Positions 29,542 to 38,491 of a DNA stretch of 64,000 nt are shown piece by piece (positions within the stretch are counted from its first letter, which is position 1; each line of letters begins with the position of its first letter). Under the pieces are notes generated by a model, which was not told the origin of the DNA, made no database searches, and was given only the letters and a program-made list of their open reading frames with translations. Location of the stretch: positions 101,631-165,630 of the forward strand of contig CAWJLS010000012.1 in assembly GCA_963843755.1 (NCBI GenBank), written 5' to 3'. Position numbers and translations under genes: made by a program. The stretch is from an uncultured Acidobacteriota bacterium (lineage in GTDB: Bacteria; Acidobacteriota; Thermoanaerobaculia; Multivoradales; DATKCC01).

Positions 29542-30909
29542 GTGAGCGACGACAGCCCCATCAGGCGGCTCCGCGCCGTGCGCCGAGCGCTGCTCCACGC
29601 GCTGATCCCGCCGGGGCAGCTCCCGCGGCTCGACCGCTGGCGACGCTCCGCCGGCCGCCTGCGCCGCTTCTTCCTGCTCACCTTCCGGCGCTCCCACCGG
29701 GACGGCGTGCTGATCACCTCGTCGGCGCTCGCCTACGTCACGATCCTCTCGCTCATCCCGTTGCTCGCGGCCTTCACCTTCGTCGGCACCCGGATCTTCA
29801 GCCGGTTCCAGCAGGAGACGATCGACGTCTTCGTCCAGGTTCTGCCCTACCACGAGGCGACGGTCACCGAGCAGCTCCAGGAGTTCCTGAGCCAGGCACA
29901 GAAGCTCCAGGGCTGGGGGCTGCTGGCGTTCTTCGCCACGGCGGTCTTCGCCTTCGGCACCGTGGAGGAGACGATCAACCGGATCTGGAACGTCACCCGG
30001 CGGCGCCCCTGGCGGGTGCGGCTGCTCTCCTTCACCCTGCTGATCTTCTGGGGGCCGGTGCTGATCGGCGCCACCTTCTCGAGCCTCTTCCTGCTCCGCC
30101 AGACCCTCGGCGAGCGCCTGCTGGAGAGCTCCGTAGCGCTCAACGTCGCGCCCTTCCTGGCGACGCTGCTGGGGCTCACCATGCTCTACTGGCTGGTGCC
30201 CTACACCTCGGTCTCGTTCCGCTGCGCCCTGACCGGCGGCCTGGCCGCGGCGATCCTGTTCGAGATCCTCCGCCAGGGGTTCGGGGTCTACGTCGGCCTG
30301 CTCACCCGCCCGTCCCAGGTCTACGGCCGTTTCGCCTTCCTGCTCTTCTTCGCCATCTCGATCCAGGTGGCCTGGACGGCGGTGCTCTACGGCACCGAGC
30401 TGGCGTACTGCGCCCAGCACTACCGGGCGCTGGCGCGGGGGCTCGGCGGACCGCCCCGGCTCCAGGGGCGCTGGCTCGGGCTCGCCGCCGTCGTGCTGCT
30501 CGCCGAGCGCTTCGACCGGGCGGAGCCGGTCACCGAGCTCGACCCGCTCTCCGACCGGTTGGTGGTGCCGGCGGACGAGCTCGTGGCGATCCTCGAACCG
30601 TTGGTCGAGGCCGACGTGCTCCGCCACACCGAAGGGCGCGAACGGGGCTACCTGCTGGCGCAGCCACCCCACAAGATCGCCCTCGACACCGTGCTGGCCG
30701 CCTACGACGCCGGCGGCCGCCGGGCGTTCGATCCGGTCCCGGCGGAGCTTCGGCCGCTGCTCGACCACGTCGCCGACCGGATCGCCGCGCTGCGCGGCGA
30801 AGGCCTCGACGGCGTCACCCTGGCCGGCCTGCTCGAACGCCGCGCCAACCCGGCGCAAGGCCCCGCGGACGCCCCGCCAGGCGACGCTCCCGCGCTCCGC
30901 GAGCCCTGA
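29542..30909 (+). CDS. YihY/BrkB-family (ribonuclease BN-like) inner-membrane protein
   Basis: ITSSALAYVTILSLIPLLA...FGTVEETINRIWNV...LLIFWGPVLIGATFSS are the six-TM YihY pattern. GTG start. Confidence 0.8.
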   Translation: MSDDSPIRRLRAVRRALLHALIPPGQLPRLDRWRRSAGRLRRFFLLTFRRSHRDGVLITSSALAYVTILSLIPLLAAFTFVGTRIFSRFQQETIDVFVQVLPYHEATVTEQLQEFLSQAQKLQGWGLLAFFATAVFAFGTVEETINRIWNVTRRRPWRVRLLSFTLLIFWGPVLIGATFSSLFLLRQTLGERLLESSVALNVAPFLATLLGLTMLYWLVPYTSVSFRCALTGGLAAAILFEILRQGFGVYVGLLTRPSQVYGRFAFLLFFAISIQVAWTAVLYGTELAYCAQHYRALARGLGGPPRLQGRWLGLAAVVLLAERFDRAEPVTELDPLSDRLVVPADELVAILEPLVEADVLRHTEGRERGYLLAQPPHKIALDTVLAAYDAGGRRAFDPVPAELRPLLDHVADRIAALRGEGLDGVTLAGLLERRANPAQGPADAPPGDAPALREP

Positions 30910-31018
30910 TCCGAAAACCGATCGCGCCGCCGGGAATTGCCGGACGGCCGCACCCGTTGTCCCGGAGCCGGCGGGTCGGTATACTCCCGTCCCTCAGCAG
31001 CCCGCTCAGGGCACCGGT

Positions 31019-31094
31019 GGGGCAGTAGCTCAGCTGGGAGAGCACCACGTTCGCAACGTGGGGGTCGAGGGTTCGAATCCCTTCTGCTCCACCA
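31019..31094 (+). tRNA. tRNA-Ala (anticodon CGC), CCA encoded
   Basis: The sequence is GGGGCAGTAGCTCAGCTGGGAGAGCACCACGTTCGCAACGTGGGGGTCGAGGGTTCGAATCCCTTCTGCTCCACCA. It forms a cloverleaf with a G3:U70 Ala identity pair. The anticodon loop is TTCGCAA, giving anticodon CGC. Confidence 0.9.
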
Positions 31095-31326
31095 ACTTCC
31101 TCAGGTTTCCCCGAACAGGACCACCCTCAGCTCCCGAGGCGGCCGCCTCGAACGATCCGCGGTGAGGGAACTCCGTCCTCGCCGCCGTCCCTTCCAAATC
31201 GGCGAGCTCGTCTGGCCGCGAACGGGCCGGAGGCCGCCTAGCGCATCGTCTTGCTGCTATGTTCAGCAAGACGCATTGACTGACATGCAACACGCCATCA
31301 CGATGTGCACTATGGAGAGGAGATCG

Positions 31327-32739
31327 ATGTCCGCTTCATCGTTCCTGACCAGAATCTGCCCGCTCGTCGCCACGGGCGTGCTCGTCGCCACCCTGACCCC
31401 CGCGGCCCGGGCGGTCACCGTCGTCGTGCCCACCGACTACGCCACGATCCAAGACGCCGTCAACGCGGTCCAGAACGACGCCGACCCGGGCGAGGTCGTG
31501 GTCGACAGCGACGCCGTGTTCGCCGAGTCCGTCACCATTCACCAGAGCGTCACCGTGCGGGCGGGAGCCGGTTTCTCCCCGACGGTCGAGACCACCGGTG
31601 GCACCAACGGACCGTTCGTCATCAACGCCAATGTGGCCTCGCCGACTACGGTCGTCCTGCGCGGCCTGACCATCCGCGACGACGGCTCGGCCAACGGCAC
31701 CGCCATCGGCATCACCAACGCGGAGGCCATGGATCTCCTGGTCGTGGAGCTCGACGCGGACACGGTCGAGGAGGTCGACGGCGCATCCGGCATCCGCCAC
31801 GGCTCGGGCCAAGGGGAGGCCCAGCTCACGGTCACTGGGTGCAGCTTCGAGATCACCGGCTCTGGCGCGGGCCAGCCGGCCTGCATCTACCAGGACCCTC
31901 CGTCGGCCGACGGCAGCTTGACGGCGCGTGACAACCTGTTCCGCTTCTCCCGCGCGGACGGCATCGTGCAGCGGGGGTCCGACGGGGTCACGCTCACCGC
32001 CGTCCTCGACCGCAACACCTTCGAGGGCTTCGACCAGGGCGGTTTCGGGGGGCGCAACGGGGTCGACATCTCCGGCCCCAACGCGCCGGGCGGTATCGCG
32101 GTGACGATGACCGTGACCAACAACCTGTTCCTGGACACCAACCACGCCGCCGCGTTCAACGGCCAGAACGACAACCACCACACCCTCTACTTCAACAACA
32201 ACACCGTCGTCGACTCGACCTCGGGAGGGCTCCGCTTCGATACCTTCGCCACCTCGACCGTGACGGCGAGGGTCAGCAACAACGTCATCGTGGGCTCCGC
32301 CGGCGGCGGCATCGAGGCGACCGACGGCAGCGGCGGGCTCGACCTCGTCAACACCGACAACCTGCTGTTCGACAACGCCGGCGGGAACTACGGCGGCGTC
32401 GCCTCCGCCGGCGCCGGCGACATCTTCCAGGACCCGATGTTCGCCGATGCGGCGGGTGGCGACTACCGCCTGCGCGTCGGCTCGCCGGGCGTGGACAGCG
32501 GCAACAACACGCCCGACGGCGGCATCGGCGCAGGGCTCGACCTGTCCGGGCTGCCCCGTATCTCGGACGGCGATGGCGACAGCGTCGCGGTGATCGACCG
32601 GGGAGCCTACGAGGCGGCGGTCTTCATCGGTATCGCCGCGCCGACTCTCGGAGGGTGGGGCCTGGCGGCGCTGGCGGCTCTCCTGCTCGCCACCGGCTGG
32701 CTCTGGCTGCGGCGTCACCCGTTCGCCGGCGCATCCTGA
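31327..32739 (+). CDS. Secreted right-handed parallel beta-helix repeat protein with C-terminal IPTL-CTERM-like sorting signal
   Basis: A signal peptide (MSASSFLTRICPLVATGVLVATLTPAARA) is present. Repeated NNxxx/TGxxG beta-helix turns follow. The C-terminus APTLGGWGLAALAALLLATGWLWLRRH is a motif plus TM helix plus basic tail. GGAGAGGAG lies upstream of the ATG at 31327; the alternative ATG is at 31312. Confidence 0.7.
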   Translation: MSASSFLTRICPLVATGVLVATLTPAARAVTVVVPTDYATIQDAVNAVQNDADPGEVVVDSDAVFAESVTIHQSVTVRAGAGFSPTVETTGGTNGPFVINANVASPTTVVLRGLTIRDDGSANGTAIGITNAEAMDLLVVELDADTVEEVDGASGIRHGSGQGEAQLTVTGCSFEITGSGAGQPACIYQDPPSADGSLTARDNLFRFSRADGIVQRGSDGVTLTAVLDRNTFEGFDQGGFGGRNGVDISGPNAPGGIAVTMTVTNNLFLDTNHAAAFNGQNDNHHTLYFNNNTVVDSTSGGLRFDTFATSTVTARVSNNVIVGSAGGGIEATDGSGGLDLVNTDNLLFDNAGGNYGGVASAGAGDIFQDPMFADAAGGDYRLRVGSPGVDSGNNTPDGGIGAGLDLSGLPRISDGDGDSVAVIDRGAYEAAVFIGIAAPTLGGWGLAALAALLLATGWLWLRRHPFAGAS

Positions 32740-32953
32740 CCAGGGCGGGCGCCGGCCCGGCGCAGCACCAGGGTCAGGCGCAGCACCAGGGTCAGCCGAG
32801 AGCCTCGCTCGGAGAGCTCGGTTCAGAGCCGGTCTGCCCCTCCCGCACCAAACGCGGGAGGGCAACAGACCGGCCGTCGTTGTACCGTAGGCAGGTTGCC
32901 GCCGGACGTCGCCGTCCGGCACTGCCCGTCAATCACCACGAGGACCTCGCTCG

Positions 32954-35110
32954 ATGATTCGAACCGCCTTGCTGAGCCTGCTCGTCGCTCTCACGGCCGG
33001 ACCCGCGGTCGCCGCCAGTGGAGCACCCGCGAACGGAGCCGCCGCCGAGAAACCCGCCGCCATGCACCAGAACCCCCTGCTGACCCCTTCGACCCTCCCC
33101 TTCCAAGCACCGCCGTTCGACAAGATCGAGGACGCCGACTTCATGCCCGCCTTCGAGGCCGGCATGAAGGAGCAGATCGGGGAGATCGACAAGATCGCCG
33201 GCGCCCCGGCGCCACCGACCTTCGACAACACCCTGGTGGCCCTCGAGCGGAGCGGCCAGCTCCTGAGCCGGGTGAACCTGGCGTTCAACGCGCTGTCGAG
33301 CGCCAACACCGACCCGACCTTGCAGCAGGTGCAGGAGGAGGTGGCCCCGAAGCTCGCCGCCCATCGCGACGCGATCTTCCTGAACGGTCAGCTCTTCCAC
33401 CGCATCGAGGCGCTCTACGAGCAGCGGGAGAGCCTGAAGCTCGATCCCGAGTCAGAGAGGCTGCTCGACTACTACCACCAGCAGTTCGTCCTCGCCGGAG
33501 CCGAGCTCTCCGCCGCCGACCAGGCGAAGCTCAAGAAGCTCAACGAGGAGGAGGCGACGCTCAGCGCCAAGTTCACCAACGAGCTACTGGCCGCGACCAA
33601 GGCTGGGGCTCTCGTGGTGAGCGACAAGACCCGGCTCGCCGGCCTCTCCACGAGCGACCTGGCCGCGGCCGAGCAGGCCGCCGCCGCGCGCGACCTGGAG
33701 AACCGGTGGGTCATCCCGCTCCAGAACACGACCCAGCAGCCCGCCCTGCAATCGCTCGAGGACCGGGCGACGCGCCAGGAGCTGTACGAGCATTCCTGGA
33801 CCCGCACCGAGCACGGCGACAAGAACGACACCCGGGCCGATATCGAGCGCCTCGCCAAGATCCGGGCCGAGAAGGCGGCGCTCCTGGGCTACCCCAGCTA
33901 CGCCGCCTGGAAGCTGGTCGACCAGATGGCCAAGAAGCCCGCGGCGGTCGAGGCGTTCCTCGGCAAGCTCGTGCCCCCGGCCACCGCCAAGGCGCGCAAG
34001 GAGGCGGCCGACATCCAGGCCCTCATTGATCGAACCGACGGGTCCGCATCCCACATCGAGCTCCAGCCGTGGGACTGGAACTTCTACGCCGAGAAGGTGC
34101 GGAAGGCCAAGTACGACCTCGACGAGTCTGAGATCAAGCCGTACTTCGAGCTGAACCGCGTGCTCCAGGACGGCGTCTTCTACGCCGCCAACAAGCTCTA
34201 CGGCCTGACCTTCAAGGAGCGCCACGACCTCCCCGTCTACCAGGAGGACGTGCACGTCTACGAGGTCACCGACAAGGACGGCTCGCCGCTCGGGATCTTC
34301 TACGCCGACTACTTCAAGCGCGACAACAAGGCGGGCGGCGCCTGGATGGACAACCTGGTCAACCAGTCGAAGCTCCTGGGCACCAAGCCGGTGATCTACA
34401 ACGTCTGCAACTTCACCAAGCCCGCCCCGGGCGAGCCGGCGCTCCTCTCCTATGACGACGTGACCACCATGTTCCACGAGTTCGGGCACGCCCTGCACGG
34501 CTTCTTCGCCAACCAGCAGTACCCGAGCCTCTCCGGCACCGCGGTGGCGCGCGACTTCGTCGAGTTCCCATCCCAGTTCAACGAGCACTGGGCGCTCTAC
34601 CCCGACGTGCTCGAGCACTACGCGCTGCACTACGAGACCGGCAAGCCGATGCCGAAGGAGCTGGTCGAGAAGATCAAGAAGGCGTCGACGTTCAACCAGG
34701 GCTACTCGTTGACCGAGCTGCTCGAGGCGGCGGACATCGACATGGGCTGGCACACCCTGCCCGCGACCGCCCCGGAGCAGGACGTCGACACGTTCGAACA
34801 TTCGACGCTCGAGAAGGATCACCTCTTCTTGCCCCAGGTGCCTCCGCGCTACCGCTCGAGCTACTTCCTGCACATCTGGACCAACGGCTACGCCGCCGGC
34901 TACTACGCCTATCTCTGGACCGAGATGCTCGCCGACGACGCCTACCAGTGGTTCGAAGGGCACGGCGGCCTGACCCGCGCCAACGGCCAGCACTTCCGCG
35001 ACCTCGTCCTGTCGCGGGGCAACACCGAGGACTACGGCGAGATGTACCGCTCCTTCGCGGGACGTGATCCCTCGATCGAGCCGATGCTCGCCGATCGCGG
35101 TCTCGAGTAG
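32954..35110 (+). CDS. dcp: Peptidyl-dipeptidase Dcp (M3-family zinc metallopeptidase), secreted
   Basis: TMFHEFGHALHG is the HEXXH zinc motif. M3 architecture is consistent across the full length, and there is a signal peptide. Confidence 0.9.
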   Translation: MIRTALLSLLVALTAGPAVAASGAPANGAAAEKPAAMHQNPLLTPSTLPFQAPPFDKIEDADFMPAFEAGMKEQIGEIDKIAGAPAPPTFDNTLVALERSGQLLSRVNLAFNALSSANTDPTLQQVQEEVAPKLAAHRDAIFLNGQLFHRIEALYEQRESLKLDPESERLLDYYHQQFVLAGAELSAADQAKLKKLNEEEATLSAKFTNELLAATKAGALVVSDKTRLAGLSTSDLAAAEQAAAARDLENRWVIPLQNTTQQPALQSLEDRATRQELYEHSWTRTEHGDKNDTRADIERLAKIRAEKAALLGYPSYAAWKLVDQMAKKPAAVEAFLGKLVPPATAKARKEAADIQALIDRTDGSASHIELQPWDWNFYAEKVRKAKYDLDESEIKPYFELNRVLQDGVFYAANKLYGLTFKERHDLPVYQEDVHVYEVTDKDGSPLGIFYADYFKRDNKAGGAWMDNLVNQSKLLGTKPVIYNVCNFTKPAPGEPALLSYDDVTTMFHEFGHALHGFFANQQYPSLSGTAVARDFVEFPSQFNEHWALYPDVLEHYALHYETGKPMPKELVEKIKKASTFNQGYSLTELLEAADIDMGWHTLPATAPEQDVDTFEHSTLEKDHLFLPQVPPRYRSSYFLHIWTNGYAAGYYAYLWTEMLADDAYQWFEGHGGLTRANGQHFRDLVLSRGNTEDYGEMYRSFAGRDPSIEPMLADRGLE

Positions 35111-35147
35111 CACGAGGCGCAGGCGCCCGCCGCCCCTCCAATAGCTT

Positions 35148-35186
35148 CCGTCCCGGCCCCCCTTGTGCCAGGGAGGCCGGGACGGG
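35148..35186 (+). terminator. Terminator-like GC hairpin downstream of dcp (no U-tract)
   Basis: CCGTCCCGGCC and GGCCGGGACGG form an 11-bp perfect stem with a 17-nt loop. The hairpin starts about 40 nt after the dcp stop. Confidence 0.4.
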
Positions 35187-35608
35187 ACACCGTCGTGGAC
35201 TCGGTTTCCAGCCTTTCGCGGATGGGGTCGGCTCAGACGCCGCCTGCCGCGAAGCTCCCGTCAACTGGAGGGGGCAACCCGCGTGGAGGCCTCGTCCCAC
35301 TCGAGTATTCTCAGACCCTTGGGGTTAGCGAGCGCTCTGGGAACGCCGTACGGGACCTGGAGGCTGAGCCGCCGTTTTGCGGCCTGCCTCATCGCCGCGA
35401 CCTCCCGAAGCCAGAAAACCAGGGCCTTCGAATCTCCAGGGGTTGGGAATTGGACTGAGTCGGTCGGTCAAACTCCGAGTAGCAAACCGGCCTGATACGC
35501 CTGAATCAAGGCGGCTCGCTTACTCAATCCCCACCTCGGCGCACTGTGAGTCTCTCAAGCACATCAGGAACCCCTCCCCTTCAAACTTCTGAGACACGGT
35601 CGCGTACA

Positions 35609-36505
35609 TCACTGCCATCGCCACTGGCCGGGTTCCCATCCACCGATCTGGCCCGATTTCAGAACAGGCTCGAGGAATGATGAAACAGCTGTGTTGACCT
35701 CTGAGAGCGTTGCCCAGGGCAACTCGTCGGTGGCGGCCATGGCTGCGTACGGAGCTTCCCAGAAGTCAGGCGGAGCGGGGACAGTATCCGGAACCGGATG
35801 GGTTCCACGGTGTGCGAAGGTCGTCCTGATCGCACGGCGAAGTACCTCGCCGTCGATCGAGCCAGCTGTGGCCAGGAGAGCGATGTCCGGTAGGTCGCGA
35901 ACACGCGAGTTGGGCCGCAAACGGGGCATCGTCAGCGCATGGAGCTTCTCGGCGACGTGCGAGACAATGGGATACAAGCGAAGAGTCGGCGGTGCAACGG
36001 CTACAAAGGCGAGCGTGTCATCTGCCGTGACAAGATCGGGCTCACCGACCAGCGGGTCACCGAATGCCACGTCGACGCCGAACGGCCGCCCGTAGATCTG
36101 CCCGGCAAGCCGGCACACTGCGCGGAAGCGAAAGCCCTCGTAAGGCATCCCTTCGCTCTGGATCTTGGGATGCTCGTCGTCGGCCTGGATCTCGTAGCGC
36201 ATGAAGTCGCCCAGGTCGAGCCGGCCTGCTTCTTGTAGGCGTCCCAGGACATCTCTTGACGAATCCACCATCCGCAGATCGACATCCTTCGTCGTGCGCG
36301 CTCGGGCGAGGCGAAGCTCGAGAACGAGTCCTCCCTTGAGAGTTACCTCCTCGCCGACGACCCGGATGAGGCGAGCCAAGAAGCGGTCGAATACGAGGAT
36401 CTGGCGGCGGCGCCCGAAATCCACCCCGGTCTCCGACGATGAGCGAAGTCGCTGCTCCAGGGCTTGCTTGAAGGCCAGTGCCGTGCCATACCGGCGGACT
36501 GTCAT
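35609..36505 (-). CDS. abiEii: AbiEii/AbiGii-family nucleotidyltransferase toxin (type IV toxin-antitoxin, DUF1814)
   Basis: The 298-aa protein begins MTVRRYGTALAFKQALEQRLR...GGLVLELRLARARTTKDVDL, the nucleotidyltransferase core of AbiEii. It overlaps the upstream antitoxin gene by 4 nt. Confidence 0.8.
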   Translation of the reverse strand: MTVRRYGTALAFKQALEQRLRSSSETGVDFGRRRQILVFDRFLARLIRVVGEEVTLKGGLVLELRLARARTTKDVDLRMVDSSRDVLGRLQEAGRLDLGDFMRYEIQADDEHPKIQSEGMPYEGFRFRAVCRLAGQIYGRPFGVDVAFGDPLVGEPDLVTADDTLAFVAVAPPTLRLYPIVSHVAEKLHALTMPRLRPNSRVRDLPDIALLATAGSIDGEVLRRAIRTTFAHRGTHPVPDTVPAPPDFWEAPYAAMAATDELPWATLSEVNTAVSSFLEPVLKSGQIGGWEPGQWRWQ

Positions 36506-37065
36506 TGGTCAACCGCCTCCCTCTTCCCCAGGCGCTCACCGAGCCGAGCTTCAGTCGCCCCAGAGATCATCCCTCGCCGCCTTGCCTGTCCGACTGCCTG
36601 TCGAACGAGATCCGGAGAGACGTTCGCCTCGATGCAGTCGACGAGTGTTCGAAGTGGCGCCGTCACCGGCACCGCCAGATAGCTCGCGCGGTCGGCATCT
36701 CCAACGTCCGCGAAGTGAAGCACAACGCCCTCTGGAACCCGGAGGCGTCGTCGCCGCCAAGCCGCCGGAAGGGAAAGGTGGACATTGCCTGGAAGCACAT
36801 CGGAAAGGTCGTGAAGCGCGAGCGCTGTCGCGTGGGAGAACACTCCCTCCTGCTCGCTCCAGAGCCAGAGGACCACGAGATCCTCGTGGTCCGAGGCAGG
36901 GAAGTGGATGAGGCGGTATATCCCCCGCCGAACCCGCGCAACCTTCTTGTCCCTGAGGTAGGCGAGTAGCTGGGGCGAGTAGCCGGCCCCGGCCGCTTGC
37001 CACGTCGTGAAGTAGCCGGCCTGCGCCTGGGCAACCTCGAATAGAGAGTCCCAGTCGGGCGCCAT
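36502..37065 (-). CDS. abiEi: AbiEi-family antitoxin / transcriptional regulator (type IV TA)
   Basis: MAPDWDSLFEVAQAQAGYFTTWQAAGAGYSPQLLAYLRDKKVARVRRGIYRL is the AbiEi_4-like N-terminal wHTH. GGAAAGGAA lies upstream of the ATG at 37065. Its stop overlaps the abiEii start. Confidence 0.75.
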   Translation of the reverse strand: MAPDWDSLFEVAQAQAGYFTTWQAAGAGYSPQLLAYLRDKKVARVRRGIYRLIHFPASDHEDLVVLWLWSEQEGVFSHATALALHDLSDVLPGNVHLSLPAAWRRRRLRVPEGVVLHFADVGDADRASYLAVPVTAPLRTLVDCIEANVSPDLVRQAVGQARRRGMISGATEARLGERLGKREAVDQ

Positions 37066-37085
37066 CGAGTGTTCCTTTCCCTTCC

Positions 37086-37118
37086 TGATCATGGAGCACA
37101 AATATTAAGTCACGCTTT
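37086..37118. promoter_or_regulatory. Inverted repeat GCACAAA-N19-TTTGTGC immediately upstream of abiEi in an unusually AT-rich promoter region (candidate AbiEi autoregulatory operator)
   Basis: The repeat reads gcacaaatattaagtcacgctttagttttgtgc, located 21-53 nt upstream of the abiEi ATG. The surrounding 37070-37200 is the most AT-rich stretch of the window. Confidence 0.35.
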
Positions 37119-37395
37119 AGTTTTGTGCAAGCAACCAAGAGATAAGATCTCCCCGATGCACCAACCTCAACATCCGCCCAGCCGCCCGCATAGCTGTTGG
37201 GCTCGCCGGCTCTGACCAAAACCGGACGCCGAGGATCAGCAGAAGGAACCCCGGTACTACCTTCATGTCGCCTGGGACACACCCAATGGGCAGGTGGTTT
37301 CGGAAGTCCTCCGAACGACCGCCCTGGCAGGGAGCTCAGGGGGAGCTCATCACGAGACCGGCCCCGTCGCGGTTTCAGGTAGAGTGTCCTCGTTC

Positions 37396-38445
37396 ATGCA
37401 CAACCTCTCGGTTCCCGGAGCGTCCCTCGACGATGAGCCCTCGAAGCCTATCGACCCGGGCAGGGCCCGCACTGCGCGACCGCCAGCGCTGACCGGCGGC
37501 GTCTCAGCCGCCCTTGGGATCTTCCTGTTGCTCGTGGCCGCCGGCTGCACACCGGCCGGAAAGGCACCGGCACCGGCCGACCCCGCCGCCACGGCCGAGC
37601 CCGCTGCACCCGGCCTGTGGTCGGTCTACGACCAATCCCTCGCCGGCGCCCGCTACATCGACCTGACCCACACGGTGTCGCCCGCCATCCCGGTGTGGAA
37701 GGGCTTCGGCCCGTCGACCTTCGGGCCGGCCCTGAAGCCTGAGACCGGCGAGCCCTACCGGTACGACAAGGACGGTTTCGAGGCCACCCACTACGACCTG
37801 GCCAGCGACCAGCTCGGCACCCAGCTCGACCCGCCGGCCCACTGGGCGCCCGAGTACCCGGCGATCGACGAGCTGCCGCCGACCTTCGCCGTCCGGCCCC
37901 TGGTAGTGATCTCGATCGTCGACCAGGTCGCCGAGGACCCCGGGTACGCGCTCCAGGTCTCCGACATCGAAACCTGGGAGGCCCGGAACGGCAAGATCCC
38001 GGCGGGCTCGGTCGTCATGGTCCGCTCCGACTGGTCGAAGGAGTGGCCGGACCCCACCCTGGCGACCCGGGCGGTCTTCCCGGGGGTGTCGCTCGCGGCC
38101 CTCCAGCTCCTCCACGAGCAGCGCCACATCCTGTTCCACGGCCACGAGCCGCTCGACACCGACGACTCCCCGGCCCTCGAAGGCGAGGCCTGGCTGATGC
38201 ACCACGGCTACACTCAGGCCGAGGGCGTGGCCCACCTCGACCAGGTGCCGGAGACCGGCTGCCTGGTGACCATCGGCTACCCGAAGCTCAAGGGCGGCCT
38301 GGGCGGCTACGCCCGCTACGTCGCCATCTGCCCGGCGGACTGGCGCTACGGCGTCAAGGTGGGCGAGGTCCCCGAGGCGCCGCTCGCCCGGCAGGAGAAG
38401 ATTCTTCGGTGGGACCCGGAGCAGGGCTTGCGGGTGCGGCAATGA
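37396..38445 (+). CDS. Putative cyclase-family protein (kynurenine-formamidase-like fold), likely lipoprotein/secreted; start uncertain
   Basis: GTQLDPPAHW matches the cyclase HxGTHxDxPxH-type motif region. ...HGHEPLDTD is also present. A signal/lipobox-like LLLVAAGC occurs. Confidence 0.7.
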   Translation: MHNLSVPGASLDDEPSKPIDPGRARTARPPALTGGVSAALGIFLLLVAAGCTPAGKAPAPADPAATAEPAAPGLWSVYDQSLAGARYIDLTHTVSPAIPVWKGFGPSTFGPALKPETGEPYRYDKDGFEATHYDLASDQLGTQLDPPAHWAPEYPAIDELPPTFAVRPLVVISIVDQVAEDPGYALQVSDIETWEARNGKIPAGSVVMVRSDWSKEWPDPTLATRAVFPGVSLAALQLLHEQRHILFHGHEPLDTDDSPALEGEAWLMHHGYTQAEGVAHLDQVPETGCLVTIGYPKLKGGLGGYARYVAICPADWRYGVKVGEVPEAPLARQEKILRWDPEQGLRVRQ

Positions 38446-38491
38446 GGCGAGCCGGGCGCGGCGCCGGAGCACCGCGCCCGATCGAAGCCCG

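Noticed and set aside
29361-31028. ORFs 29361..31028 (+), 29467..30858 (-) overlapping yihY
   Set aside because: They are shadow frames. The 29542..30909 frame has the YihY TM pattern.
30937-31311. N-terminal 125 codons of track ORF 30937..32739 running through the tRNA-Ala gene
   Set aside because: This stretch reads through a tRNA and an intergenic region. The real beta-helix CDS starts at the Met with a signal peptide (31327, or 31312).
31336-35113. ORFs 31336..32922 (-) and 33584..35113 (-)
   Set aside because: They are antisense to the beta-helix and dcp genes, with no motifs.
35425-35450. Possible attR-like partial direct repeat of the tRNA-Ala 3' end (shared ttcgaatc)
   Set aside because: Only an 8-mer matches, and the flanks diverge. 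This is insufficient to call an integration-site repeat.
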